Below are positions 11,854 through 24,952 of a DNA stretch of 64,000 nt, in pieces; the first letter of the stretch is position 1, and every line of letters begins with the position of its first letter. Source of the stretch: Parasitella parasitica NRRL 2501 (lineage: Eukaryota; Fungi; Mucoromycota); assembly GCA_025201805.1 (NCBI GenBank), contig MU619305.1, forward strand, positions 3,839-67,838, written 5' to 3'. The notes beneath the pieces were generated by a model. It saw nothing but the letters and a program-made list of their open reading frames with translations. It searched no databases and was not told where the DNA came from. The position numbers were made by a program, and so were the translations under genes.

Positions 11854-13286
11854 TCATCTAAGCGTGCTTGCCGATAGAATCTTTCTTACTGTATTTGATC
11901 TTGGAAAAAAGGGAGACGTTTTTTTTGCTAAGGAATGGTGAAACCCGCCGTTACTACCACTTTTCTCGAAAACGAAATCATTAGATCTTTGTTGCTGTTG
12001 CTGCTGCTGTTGCTGTTGGTAGTAATTTTCAGTGGTGGACGATGCAGAGGCGGAAAACTGCGCAGAAGTGGAAGGCTGTGCGATTGGAATAACAGGACCT
12101 ACTGCCTGTTGCTGCAAAGGATAAAATTGAGCCATCATAATGTCGTTTGGTAGAGGTACTATGCTGCTGTTGGTTGAAAAAGGAGAGGGTAACGATTTGT
12201 TTCCTGCTAATGCGACAGGCTGGTTGTAATAAACAAGGTGTTGTTTCCAGGAATTGTCTTGGTTCGATTTTTGCTGATTCTCATGGAGACGGAGCATTTG
12301 CGCATCAAGAGTATAGATCAAACTCTCGTGCTGCTCGATCATTACCGTCCAGATATTTGTCCAGTTCTTGTTTAACTTGATATGCTGCTCAATAGTGGAT
12401 GATTGGTGAGCCAGATCGTGGGCATGTTTCTTTGATCTTTTGTGTATTGTTGTAGTTGGAGTAGAGTAGGAGATGTTCATGTGGTCTTTGAGTGATTGTT
12501 CAAAACCGGTACATACAGGGGCAAATACGGTAGCCAATGCTTCGGGGCTCATCATGTTGAAATGAACATGAGACTGAATTTTTGCTGAAGTCAAGAGGAT
12601 AGCATGCAGCAGCTGGCGGTTGTAAAATGGCAGCTTTACAATGATGTTAGATAGCTGATGAACTGTATTGTATTCGAGATCTACGTTTTGGAACTGCGCG
12701 TGGAATTGTTTTGGTATAACAGGCTCAGGTAACTCTCGAAGGTATTTTTTGACGAGGCTTGTTAGCGTGTGGATATCATACTTGGAAGGGTCGATCCTCT
12801 TTCTTTCGTCAGGTGAGCACAAATTGATCGTGTTTTCAAGGTAGCTGACCTCGGAAGTTGCACCCGACAAGCGAAAAATACCCTCTGTAGACAGGCCTAT
12901 ATTAAAATTATGGTGAGTCTGTGCGCCTTTCCCCTACTGAAAGTATGTAAATATGATCAATTTACCTCTTTTACTAATCTCATCAAAACAGAGAGCAACC
13001 GGATCTGGAACTCTCAAATTCCACAACTCAGAGCCAGTTTTTGATGCGTCGCATAAAGGAACTCCAAAAATACCTTTGAAGACTATGATTAGTATTTCTC
13101 CTCCTTATTACGCAATATATGACTCAATATACCTTGCTTTGATTGTTCTTGTCGCTGCCCGTAAAGATTGGCAGTAGGCGTGCTTTTATACTGCTTGGTG
13201 AATAAATAAGTGAATGGATTCCTATGCTTCTTTTTCTGTGCTGGCTGTGGTGAATTGGATGGAGTGGGGTTAAATGCGGGATACAT
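11854..13286 (-). CDS. RhoGAP domain protein, spliced
   Basis: GIFGVPL...VPDPVALCFDEISKR|GLSTEGIFRLSGA (arginine finger), LTSLVKKYLRELPEPV, NMMSPEALATVFAP; polyQ C-terminus. Confidence 0.9.
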
Positions 13287-15239
13287 AGTGTGAACGAGAC
13301 AGAAAGAAGCAGAAGAAAGAGGGAAAGAAGAAAGCGAGTTTTTATTATTATTATTATTATTATTATTTCAAAGCTGATTAAAAAAAAAAAAAAAAAAAAA
13401 TACATTTTGCTTGCCCAGAACATAAAAGGCAAATCATTGTTTTCATATTGATCCAAATTAGGCTTTTTGCTTTTCGTTGTACACAACAATGCTCACGATT
13501 AAAGAGTGTACAAGTGATTGTATGGTCAAGAAAGGCTATGTATAATCACGTTTTCTTATTCTTATCTGAATTTATCGAACCATATTTTTCTATTTAGCTC
13601 AGTAGATGCATTTGTGGTAATGAATGATAAACCACCGCTAGTGCTTGCAAAATAGTCTGCAGGCTACTGCTGCCAGTGATTATTTTTGTGGATGTCGGAG
13701 GCATTGCTATTGATTTCAAAGCATTGTAAAAGGGCTATTTTGCAAAATACAAGGTCATTATCAAATGGAAATAGCTGGAGGTTAATATTGGTGCTTCCCA
13801 TACCTAAAGATGTTGTTTTCTGAAAAAGATGTCTTTACTGTAGCTCTGGCTCACCCGCTTCATTTTTCCGCATATCACAAGTTAGGGCTGGGATCCAGCA
13901 AGTCTAGATTCTAAAAAACTGGATTGGCAGCACATGAATAAAATACCTAGTGATACACTTACGAATTTTTCCTTGTCAACAATGATAAGTGAGGATATAG
14001 GTTCTAAATGAAAAATATTATCTGAAAATCCAAGTTGTTTATTTAATGGAACTTGAACTCAATTATTTTGCTAATGACTTTGGGATAGCTTTGAAGTCCT
14101 GATGTTCATTAGATGCCTAATAGTGAGCTCCGTAGACAGCAAAAGGCTCAAGTATTCTCAAAGGATATTATCAATACAAGTTATAAATGATTGTCTTGCC
14201 TGACAGTTAAATTTTTAGCAAATACTATGAAAATTATGATTAATGTAGTTTATATGAAATTGCATATACTAAAGATGTTGAAAACAAACTAGGAGCTAGA
14301 GTTAGACATTGAATTCAATCGAGAGTATTCTATGCATGTTACCCTTCTATACTCATAAAGACGTTTTTTTTGTTTGTTTTGCAAATAGGTATTTTATTCT
14401 GATTGTGCTGTTGAACTTAACCAACTAATCACACTTTATAAAGATTATCAAGAGTGGCAAAATTTGATTTTCTCACGCATAACTTCCTCTAGACACGTCC
14501 CCCAGGGAAGATTAAGTATTTAACGGATAGCCCAGATTATGGCCATATTAGCCAGACGTAAATCAATTCATATTTTGGTATTTATCAAAGCATATAGGCT
14601 TCTGTATACATTTTTATATGAATACTTGTTTTTCCTGCCGATAGCTCTAAAGTTATCATTATTTCAATTATGGAACTATCTTTCTTGGTAGTGAAAATTT
14701 TTCACTATGTTTAACTGGTTTGATCTCTGTTTTACGGCTCATTTCGCAGAAGTTGTAACCAAATGTTTGTTACTTATGAAAATAAAAATTGCTTTTGTAC
14801 ATAAGTTTTGATAGACATGTCGCCCAGTGGAAAGCAAGCTAAGCTCAGATAGCAGTAATCATCCCTGATTTGATGGCGCATAAGACAGGCTTTGATTTGC
14901 TCTTTATCGCAGCTTATGATCATTAGCTTATTCCAAAACTCTTTCATATATGGCCAAAGAAATATTGACATTCCGACCAGGGTGGTGACCAATTGTCCAT
15001 TATCACCATCGTCTTCATATATACATATGTCCAATTTGTTTTGTCCAATATCAGCTTCAAAATTTACGATGTCTCAATGTAACATACCATCAGCAACGCC
15101 TTTTTCTTTGCTGTCTCCTTTCTTTTCTTCTTGTTTTTGCATGATTCTACATTCATGTGTATCAAAAACAGATTGATAATTTTACAATCAAGCGGATAAA
15201 TTAATGTACCAATCCTGTTCTATGACAAAGCATACAACC

Positions 15240-15415
15240 GAGGTCTCCTACGATCACATATAGTCTGAAGAGTGTCAAAAAGTAATTGAAAGCATGCCTT
15301 GACGTATTCAGATGTATATCAAAGCTGAATGACGTCGGACAAAATATCAAAATCCAATTTAACTTTAACTTGATAAAACGCTTCTTTTAAAATGCTCACA
15401 AAACTGTTCCAATGT
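15240..15415 (+). mobile_element. 3' remnant of a Tc1-family transposon
   Basis: Translates to EECQKVIESMP*RIQMYIKAE*RRTKY, matching the Tc1 C-terminal SMPxR...KY motif; ends ...ttccaatg followed by TA. Confidence 0.65.
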
Positions 15416-15451
15416 ATCTATGAATTTTAACTAGCATTTTAGATGACTAGC

Positions 15452-17268
15452 TAAGCGTATAAAAAATTCCCAAATAGCGCATCACGAAAATCAATTGGCG
15501 TTTCTTTCAACTTGAGCATATTCAAATTAGCAACACACACAGATTTTTTATTGAAGATGGCCAAGGCAGGCTAACTACAGAGGATGGTGAAGAAGCTATG
15601 GATTACATCATCGAAGAAGGAAATGAGTTTAATCTTCGAAACTTGAACGACTTTGACTGCATATAAGGAATGTCAACCTATTCCCATTGATCTCGATCTG
15701 ATCTGCCATAATTAGACAGGAGATCATGGCAATGTACTTCAATTGAAGATTGAAGATTGTCCAATGATGTGATGTGATAAGCTTGTGTAAATTGGAGAAT
15801 AAAGTCTCTGTTTCAAATCAAGAAGGTTATTCCTGTAAGTAACACAGATCTGAGCACCAGGATAAAGGTTAAGGCACTGTCAGATCAAAGACGTGTAGCC
15901 CTTGCTGTATAACCTCATATCATACCCTGTCAAGTAGATTGTCACTGTAAATTAGTCTTGTCAATTAGTAATCTAAATAAGTCACCATAAATTTATGTAG
16001 TTGTAAAAAGTATAAATAGCAGATGCAATTTCGATCTTAAATAAAGTATCTTTAAGTTTTCGTATCTCGTTAACATTTGGTTTTTTATTATCTTTTTTAA
16101 CCCAACACGATCCCGAGGACGAGAATCTAGAAGACATAATTTTGCTAGTCATTGAAAGAGTCAATAAGACTATTGCTGAGAGGACCGCTCAAACTTGGGC
16201 AAAAAGGATTAGAACGGAACCAGACTGGAACATCTATGAAAAGCAAACCAACTAAGGCAATCGGGTTAAGAGTCACCTTCAAGAGCCACAAAGATTGCAT
16301 GTTTTTGAGCTTTTTGACGAGAAACCATATACTACGACCGACGAAGTTGTAGATAGTTTGACAAAGGCTTTTGAAGTATTTTATTTAAAGAAGTCAACAG
16401 TTAACAGCTTTATATTACATGAGTGTAATTTGAAGATCAAAAAATTGCAATGACAATCTAAAGCTCGAAAAGATTTTGCGCGCATTAATGCAAGATACGA
16501 ATGGGGTATGGAGTATGATAAGTCAGACATGGACTATCTTCAGAACTGTGTTTTTATCGATGAATCAGGTTTTGATATTAACAAGAGCATGGTCGTTCAG
16601 CTTCCGATACACCAGCTATTGCGTCAACGCCATCTGCAAAAACTGAATCACGTTCCATCTTGGGGGCGATAGCCACTGTTGGCGTTGTTAATATTGATGT
16701 ACGAGCTCCTCAAGTGAATAAGAGAATCAAAGTTGCTGGTGGCCGCCACTGATACTAAAAAAGTTGGCACAACAACAGGGCATTATCTCAATTTTTTAAG
16801 AGGGACACTCGATCAAGTAGACAAATATCCTGAATTAAAGGGCTTTTATCTTGTAATGGATAATGCACCTATTCACAACCAAGAGAAAATTGAGAAGCTC
16901 ATTACCAACAGAAGCTATAGATGTGTATATCCTCCACCTTACTCTCCTGAGCTGAATCCTTTTGAGCAATTTTGGTCTTTAGTTAAAAATACAATCAAGC
17001 GTAGTAAATTCAACGACAAAGAAGACTTGTTTCCGAGAATCCGTGATGCTTGTAATGAAGTACCTCGTAAGATAATAACCAAGTCAGTAGAGCATTCTAT
17101 TAGATGTTTTGAGAACTGTAGAAATAAAGAACCATTTTAACGAGGGAACAATATGATAATCTAAAAGTTTTTATTATGCCGCCATTTGATTTTCGCGATA
17201 CGCTATTTGGAAATTTTTATACGCTTATTGAGATTTAGAAAAAGTGCCATTTGGGACCATACGCAATG
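15452..17268 (+). mobile_element. Decayed Tc1/IS630-like DD34E transposon (element A)
   Basis: Frameshifted transposase: EDGQGRL N-terminus, PDWNIYEKQTN, VFIDESGF, VMDNAPIH-x-PPYSPELNPFE with 34 aa from D to E. Segment 15452-15500 is the inverted match of ~17180-17227. Right end ...catacgcaatg|TA at 17268; the outer part of the left TIR is missing. Confidence 0.85.
15671..16075 (+). mobile_element. Solo-LTR-like insertion in element A
   Basis: TGTCAAC...GTTAACA termini, internal TATAAATA and AATAAA; interrupts the transposase; no TSD found. Confidence 0.5.
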
Positions 17269-17269
17269 T

Positions 17270-17840
17270 ATTCTTTTGGGTTTCAAAGGCACACAGATCT
17301 CCATGTTGACTACTCCAAGCAGACAGATTGCACCAAGAATAGTATGACTAACTGCTTTAGCTGAAGGCGTTGTAACAATAGCAAGAGTACCTCGAGTAGA
17401 TCTTGTTGTAGACGGTTTTATGTTAATGTCAAATGCACTTTCGTCAATGAAAATGCAATCTTTTGTATAGTTCATATCAGTTTTTGACCAAGTTTTAACC
17501 CATTCATAATCTCTCTATAATCTTAGCACTTTGGTTTCTTGCGACTGGATGACGAGTAGCTTTTTTGATACTTAAATTACACTCGGTGGATATAAACTTT
17601 CCGATTACAGTTTCTTTCAGACTAAAGCCTTCAAAGCTTTTGGCGAGTTCATCAACTGCATCAGACACTCGGGCATGAGGATATTCGTCAAAAAATTGTA
17701 TAACTGCTCTTTATCTTCCTCTTGAAGCTGACTCTTTTTTGGTGTTTATCTTTTTGGTTCGTTTTTCGTAAATGTTCCACTCAGGATCGTCCCTAAATTT
17801 CTTGGTCCAATCCTATCCTGTACGCACATTAAGCAGCTCT
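17270..17840 (-). pseudogene. Tc1/IS630-like transposase fragment (element B), truncated by the element-A end
   Basis: DDPEWNIYEKRT...SQLQEE...MNYTKDCIFIDESAFDINI...SHTILGAI. Confidence 0.85.
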
Positions 17841-18300
17841 TCTGGCTGTTACTTTTTTTCACCAGCTTCTTGGAAGAACCGACGTATTCGAGTCTTCAAA
17901 GGAGTAGTGTTGAAATAATTTTTACTCGTCTTTATGTATTTCTTTGTTCGCGACAAAATTATGAAAGACAACATGTTTTCTACAGCTCAGAGTTTGGCCA
18001 AAGTTCGCTTTTGTATGAATGGCTCAAACTCGTTTTTGTAGCTCTAGTTAATTGTAGAACAAACTTTCCTTTTGTTTTTTTTGGGGAGGGTGGAGCCACT
18101 GCATAGCGCTAGCCTTCTTTTCGGATGGCTTTTTGTACCATAATGTATATTAAGGGAAGTATAAAAAAGAGAATAGATCTTTACGATTTTATTTTGAAGC
18201 GATCATATCTAAGATGTCTGGTTTCGATAAGGTAGTGGTATTCCCTGTTATAGATAATTATCTTAAACAACGTGGAAGTAAGAGGAAATAGAAAAAAAAA

Positions 18301-19923
18301 TTATTTATTGGCTTTATGGGTCTTCTTCTTGGCCTTTGTCTTTGTTTCATTTGTCTTCTTTTCATTCACTTTACAACAAAGTTGTTAGGCTCACACTGTA
18401 TATAATACGTCAGTACACTGTTGCTATAGTCAGTTTGTTTGCAATCAATACCTTAACAAAATAAAAAGCTTCGACAATTGTAGGCAAGTGTACAAGGTGG
18501 TTCAAAGAGAAGCGATTGATTGCCATAGGCATATATACGCCATCAGCAAGAAGCATCGTTTGGAAAAGCGTACAGTCAAATCCTATCAAAGTATCTGTAT
18601 CAGATAGCATGTTCTTTTCTGGTACACGACATACAAAATGAGAGCATACCTTCGACCAAAAGACCAAGTGACGAAGGGTTTTGCACTCCCAAACAAAGTT
18701 GCTCGTCCACAGATCCTTTCATCTGCTTCATTAGTTTTGCGTAGTCATCTTCAGGTTGGTATTTGCTTGCAGTCTCCGGTCTTTTCACTTCAACAAAGAA
18801 GAAATAGAGCTCTTTGCTCTTGACCTTCGTGCCAATCAAGAAGTCTGGTTTCTTGCCTTCTTTATTTGGCTTTTCAATTCTATCCATGAGCATGATATAT
18901 GGCGGTTAGTATAGGCATAAATAAAAATAACTAGGTATACACTTACATGGCATATAAAAGGTCTTTGCTTGCATCTTGTAGTAGCACTCTTCGAATAACC
19001 GGCATTAAATGCTTTTCCGTGAATGAAGCTTCAGAGGTGTTTGCAATACAAGCATGGAACTGACTCACATGTCTGACTAGGTATTTGACCATGCTCATCA
19101 TGTCTTCCTTTACTTCATTTTCTTCCTCCTCTTCTTCCTCTTCTTCCTCTTCTTCCTCTTCTTCTCTATCTTCTTTTTCTCCTTCTTCACTTTCTTTATC
19201 ATCTTCTCCAACTCTCTATTTGCAAATATTATTAGAAAAAGCTATTTTTTTTTTGGATTTGTTCAACTTACGTCGGCTTCGTTCTTGCAGTACACAACTG
19301 CCTTGGTAGGTGTACGCTCGAACCTGGGCTTCATGCGGCTAGCTATTGATCTCAAAGCTTTGCGAGTGCTTCCATAGAAGTATCTAGTAACACATTTTTT
19401 ATTGTCAAACTTATTAAGGGGGAATATATGAGAGAGGGAGCTAGAGTGAGAAGAGTTGTTCCAGTTGAAGTTAGCGCGTGAAGAGAAAGAGGAAAGATAG
19501 CTCTTTGAATACTTACAGGATTCTCAAGCCATTTATGTTATTTCCTTCATCGACTTCGCCAATGGACTTCTTTCTGAACCTCTTGAATGCTTCAGTAATG
19601 TTGATATTTTTGACAAGAAGCTAAAAGTAATGTTTAGGCCTTATTCAGCTATAGGTATCCACGCATTTATTTACCTTTTCTTTCGGCTTCCACTCCTTGC
19701 TTCCTCCAACCAGAAAGTACTTTATTTTTACAGTTCGCTTGACATCTGCGGGAGAGATTGATCCTTCCGACAAATCAGAACTAGGAGCTGAAAGAACGTG
19801 AATAAGTATAGAGTTGGTTTTCACATATAAAAACTCTTTTGAACGTACATCTCTCTCTCTTTTCGAATTTATTGTGAAGTTGACATGACCGTAGAAGGCT
19901 GATTTATTTAGGAAGTTAGACAT
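18301..19923 (-). CDS. Spliced PD-(D/E)XK restriction-endonuclease-like gene (copy 1); last exon possibly frameshifted
   Basis: Exons give ...NGLRIL|SLSHIF...SEASFTEKHLMPVI...KKPDFLIG...FFVEVKRP...DDYAKLMKQMK...GLLVEG|FDCT...YFVK|. The last exon hits TGA near 18367, but a shifted frame runs on to 18301. Confidence 0.7.
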
Positions 19924-20074
19924 TTTAGAGTATACGATCAGATTACTAAGAAAGTCGAAGGTGAGGAAGAAGTCTTGTCAAGCATTCTCTCTGATAGGCA
20001 ATATGCTTCTTCTCTTGTGCGACTTTACTAACTTGAGCTTATTTAAACCCGCTTTTTTTTTCTTCATTTAATAT

Positions 20075-20521
20075 CTTAACACACACACACACACACAGTA
20101 GCAAGGTTCCCTTGCTTGCGAGGGCGTTTCAACTGGGCCTTGGCGAAAAGTTAGTGCTACGGAGGATCCTGTCCGCGGGAGTGGTAGCTTATGGGCTGTA
20201 AGAAATTACAGAACCAGAAAAGTGCGAACTCTGACATGCGCTCTGTAGTTACCTTTTGACCTCTTTGTTTGTCACTGCTTCAACTGGTTTACCAGCCGTC
20301 ATCTGGTGCTTTTGAGGTTTTGGTAAGCAAAGTACGCTACGTGTAACTTACATCCACTGGTGCATTTGCCATGAAAGTAAGTAAGAAAAAGAAAAGACTA
20401 CTTGAATGATATTAACTACATGCTATTCTTACTTGATATCACCATTTGAGCTTATCCCTTTTGGTCAAACACTTAACACACACACAGTAGCAAGGTTCCC
20501 TTGCTTGTGAGGGTGTTTCAA
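20075..20521. repeat. Pair of ~50-bp direct repeats (20075-20132, 20472-20521): (CA)n followed by a hairpin
   Basis: cttaa(ca)n-gtagcaaggttcccttgcttgYgagggYgtttcaa occurs twice; agcaagg-ttc-ccttgct forms a stem-loop. Confidence 0.9.
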
Positions 20522-20742
20522 AAATCGAAAGCAACTTGTTCTATATCTTCATCATCTCATCATGATGTTTGGAAGTGGTAATCCCTTAAAGATCTTAAGT
20601 TTTACTGTGAAATAAATACATTCAACATGGCAACATGCGCTATCTTTATACAGCAACAGCACAATGCGACAAAAATATGTTTTTATTGGTTCCAAAAGCT
20701 CAGTCAGGCCTCATATTGGTCTTTGATCTAACAAGTGCGCTT

Positions 20743-21277
20743 CAAAAAGATAAGCACCAAAAAAGAGTCAGCTTCAAGAGGAACATAAAGAGCAGCTTAT
20801 ACAATTTTTTGACGAATATCCTCATGCCCGAGTGTCTGATGCAGTTGATGAACTCGCCAAAAGCTTTGAAGGCTTTAGTCTGAAAGAAACTGTAATCGGA
20901 AAGTTTATATCCACCGAGTGTAATTTAAGTATCAAAAAAGCTACTCGTCATCCAGTCGCAAGAAACCAAAGTGCTAAGATTATAGAGAGATTATGAATGG
21001 GTTAAAAATTGGTCAAAAACTGATATGAACTATACAAAAGATTGCATTTTCATTGACGAAAGTGCATTTGACATTAACATAAAACCGTCTACAACAAGAT
21101 CTACTCGAGGTACTCTTGCTATTGTTACAACGCCTTCAGCTAAAGCAGTTAGTCATACTATTCTTGGTGCAATCTGTCTGCTTGGAGTAGTCAACATGGA
21201 GATCTGTGTGCCTTTGAAACCCGAAAGAATACATTGCGTATGGTCCCAAATGGCGCTTTTTCTAAATCTCAATAAGC
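20743..21277 (+). repeat. Near-identical inverted copy of 17223-17756 (element B fragment plus element A terminus)
   Basis: Same ORF MNYTKDCIFIDESAFDINI... on the opposite strand; only a few substitutions or indels seen over ~535 bp. Confidence 0.95.
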
Positions 21278-21354
21278 AGCGTATATACGCTGATTGATTT
21301 TTTATTTACGCCAATTGGGTTTTGAAAAAGCGCCATTTGGGGCCGTACGCACTG
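21232..21354. mobile_element. 123-bp Tc1/mariner MITE-like element with TA flanks
   Basis: TA|cattgcgtatggtcccaaatggcgcttttt...aaaaagcgccatttggggccgtacgcactg|TA; same TIR family as element A. Confidence 0.8.
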
Positions 21355-21877
21355 TATCAACCATTATATACTCTCCAAACTCATATTTTCTTTTTGGTCC
21401 TGTTCCCCCCTATTCCGACCCGAACTAAAGACAGCCTTCGTATTCCCTTCGCCACTGAAGTAGACAGTCTTTATTTTTAGATGACCGATAACTATTTTTT
21501 CAGGACGGGCTTAATTAGGGCGATTGGAATTTTTTTTGGGCAGATCAGGAAAGAAAAACGAAAATCAGGGGTAATTTTAAAGTTGCTTTCCGAACAACAT
21601 CCGCTCTGAAACATGAAGTGAAGATCACCCTTACTGTTTTACGTATTAGAATAATAATAAAATCTTTCATTAGTATAATCCCATACAGAGTTTTAATTTG
21701 TTCTAAAGAAGTCCTATTCATAGCTTCGAAAAAACAAACATTTATTTTACAAGGATGTACATTTATAAATGTGCGCTCTCGAGTTGATAAAAAAAAAAAA
21801 AAAAAAAAAGAAAGAGCAGGGGAAGTGGTGAATACAAAACGGATATAATAGCACAACGCGACATACAAGCAAAATTT

Positions 21878-22905
21878 TCAAGCATTTTGCTGTTGCTGTT
21901 GTTGGAGCAATGGGGTTTGTTCCGTTGTCGATGTACTTGGGGCTTGTGCAACAGGATAAATATCTCTCTTCTTGATAGGTGTGGTGATACCCATTTCATT
22001 TTCGTATTCTTCGGCTATCCATAAAGAGGCGCCCACAATGTTGGTCCACAAGAAAACAATATTGAATAGAGGAATAAGTTCTAAACCAAAAGCTACAGAA
22101 CCAAAGCTTGCGTAATCCCATTTATGATCGCGAGCACGATGATAAGACTCAGATACCTTGAACCCACGAAGCTCGATATCATAATGTAGACGCTGACTCC
22201 AACTATAAATAGTAAAGATGTGCAGATGAGTACACGTATAACCCGATTTCTATCTTCCCATTTTTGTTACTTACGCCGTTGGCCAGCCACTGATATAACA
22301 TGCTAACACTGTACCAAGAACAGGCACCAGCTGAAGTGGGGCTGTCAAGATGATGAACACGATCTAAATTGTAATGTTTACCAAAAGTTTTGAAATCAAA
22401 TATAATACTAGCTACCTTTACAACGACCAAACACAAAGTGACCAATACGCTAGATCTCAAATTACGCCAGCAAATGACTAATTTGGGGTCATTTCTTTCC
22501 TCTTCATCATCGAAAATACGTCCGAGACCTCTTGCTTTGAGTGTTCTGTCAAAGACCAAATCTTGGAAGATGGGAGTGAGGATCATAAAGAAGATCAAGT
22601 TCAGAATAGCGCTCTCTAGAATGGTAGTTATGATTGAAACAAACCACGACATCCAGTGAGGCAAGTTCCACTCCAAAAATTTACCAACCAAGGCAGGTAA
22701 TAAAAATTTGATGGATGCACCGATGGAGAAGATACTGAATATGAGTGTCAAAATGATGGGACTCAAAGTAACTAACCATAGCTCCTGTTTGTTTATGTTA
22801 CTATCGACAGTTATACAAAGTAGCTTCCTAAAATACCTTTGGATGAGTAATAAAAAAATAAAAGCCTTTGAGAGGAAATGTGAATGAAGGTAGTTTTGGC
22901 ATCAT
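21878..22905 (-). CDS. EI24-domain membrane protein, spliced
   Basis: MMPKLPSFTFPLKGFYFFITHPK|ELW...PIFQDLVFDRTL...YINGWPT...ELIPLFNIVFLWTNIVGASLW. Confidence 0.8.
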
Positions 22906-23372
22906 TTTTGTAGTTTGANNNNNNNNNNAAAAAAAAAAAAAAAAGAAGAAAAGAAAGGGAAGCAAGGAATCACTTTATTTATACAAGTAGCACCACATCC
23001 AAATGTACAAAAACAAAAAATACATAGCACTATTTGCACAACAATCATGTGGATGTTTAGCTTCTCTACTAGCTGCAGAAATTATGTACAAGTTGTTTTT
23101 AACTTGATCTCATTGGAATTGTGCTTGTATAACACATTAAAAAATTGGTATAAAATTATGCCATAATTCCTTTCACTTTAAAAGCAATATCACTGTATTT
23201 CATTAAACATTATGTTGGGTTCAGTACAGCAAGCAATGGTAATCTGTTGAAAGCAAAGCAGTCATTTGTTGGATGGCAATCGAAGCTGAAAAAAAAAAGG
23301 TTTCACTTTTAAATAAATGCAATAAATCTTGATCATTGAAATAACTTTTTTTTTCTTTTTAACAACTTGAAG

Positions 23373-24907
23373 ATGTCGTTTATCCATAAAATAATAGACC
23401 GAGCAACACGGCATAACACTACGGCCGAAGAGAAACCACAACGTCGGTCTTTCTTTGGATTTGGTGTTGGTAGTACAAGTACAAATAACATTACAACTGC
23501 TGCCAAGGAAGATTTGCAGCAGCAACAACAACAACAGCTTGAACCAAGCAAGTCATCATCAATTACTACCACAACAAACAATTCGCTGAGCACAAGAGCA
23601 GAACATAAATTGTCAGTAACAACCAATGCATCATCAAAGGCATCCATTGGAGAGGGTGAAGATTTAGACGCACAGGGTAAAACTAAAACACATTACAGCC
23701 ATTGATTTGTTTCCATACAAAAACTGATGTCCAATTTGTAGAAAAGGAAAGAGAAAATCTGCTGGAAAAATATGTAAATTATGATCGTGCTATTTTGGAA
23801 CAGCGTAAGAACCGGCCTAAATTAAAGCTAGATGACTTCCATTTGTTGCGAACATTGGGCACAGGATCGTTCGGAAGAGTTCATCTATCACAATCTCGAC
23901 ACAATGGCAGATATTATGCTATCAAAGTATTGAAAAAAGCGGAAGTAGTTCGATTAAAGCAAGTAGAGCATACCAATTCAGAAAAGGCCATTTTAGAATC
24001 TGCAGCAAATCCATTCATGGTTAACCTATGGGGGACATTTCAAGATGATATTAATCTGTTTATGGTGATGGATTTTGTGCCTGGAGGAGAGCTGTTTAGT
24101 ATATTACGAAAGAATCAGGTATATACATATACAACTTGCAGCTGTGCTATTCATTTATAAATAGCATTTCAACTAAATCATATTATTACTGTGCAGAGAT
24201 TTCCTGATCATGTTGCAAAATTTTATGCGGCAGAAGTTCTTTTAGCAATCGAATACCTTCATTCCAAACATATTATCTATCGTGACCTGAAGCCTGAAAA
24301 TCTATTACTGGACTCTCAAGGCCATATCAAAATTACAGACTTTGGTTTTGCAAAACATGTGCCTGACATCACATGGACATTGTGCGGCACACCAGATTAT
24401 TTGGCACCCGAAGTCATTCAATCTAAAGGCTATGGTATGGCGGTAGATTGGTGGAGCCTAGGTATTCTCGTATTTGAAATGTTGGCTGGGTAAGTTGGAT
24501 ACATGAATATAGAACTGCAACAGATGTTTAATTAAATACATAATAATAGCCATCCTCCTTTTTACGATGACGATCATTTAAAATTGTATGAGAAAATACT
24601 GCAGGGGAAGATCAAATGGCCGGCATATTTTGATCCTCATGCCAAAGATTTGTTGAAGCGACTCTTAACACCGGATCTTTCACGTCGGTACGGTAATCTG
24701 AAAGGAGGGGCTGATGATATAAAAAACCATAAATGGTTCAGTGGGGTTGATTTTGTGCGTGTGTCGAACCGTCAGGTACGCTCGCCATACGTGCCCACAA
24801 TCAGAGGAGAAGGAGACGCATCCCACTTTGATAGATATCCAGAAACAAGCGAAAAATATGGTATCCCAGGGCCAGATCCATACCGTGAAAAATTTAGCGA
24901 GTTTTAA
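23373..24907 (+). CDS. pkaC: cAMP-dependent protein kinase catalytic subunit, spliced
   Basis: [45 protein letters not shown]; terminal FSEF hydrophobic motif. Confidence 0.95.
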
Positions 24908-24952
24908 GAGTTAGGGTTAGGGTATATATGTAAGTGTATATATATCATTTAT

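Noticed and set aside
19085-19309. Poly-Ser plus-strand ORF
   Set aside because: Antisense of the poly-Glu exon of nuclease gene 1.
24912-24923. TTAGGG x2 as an interstitial telomere
   Set aside because: Only two units; compatible with chance.
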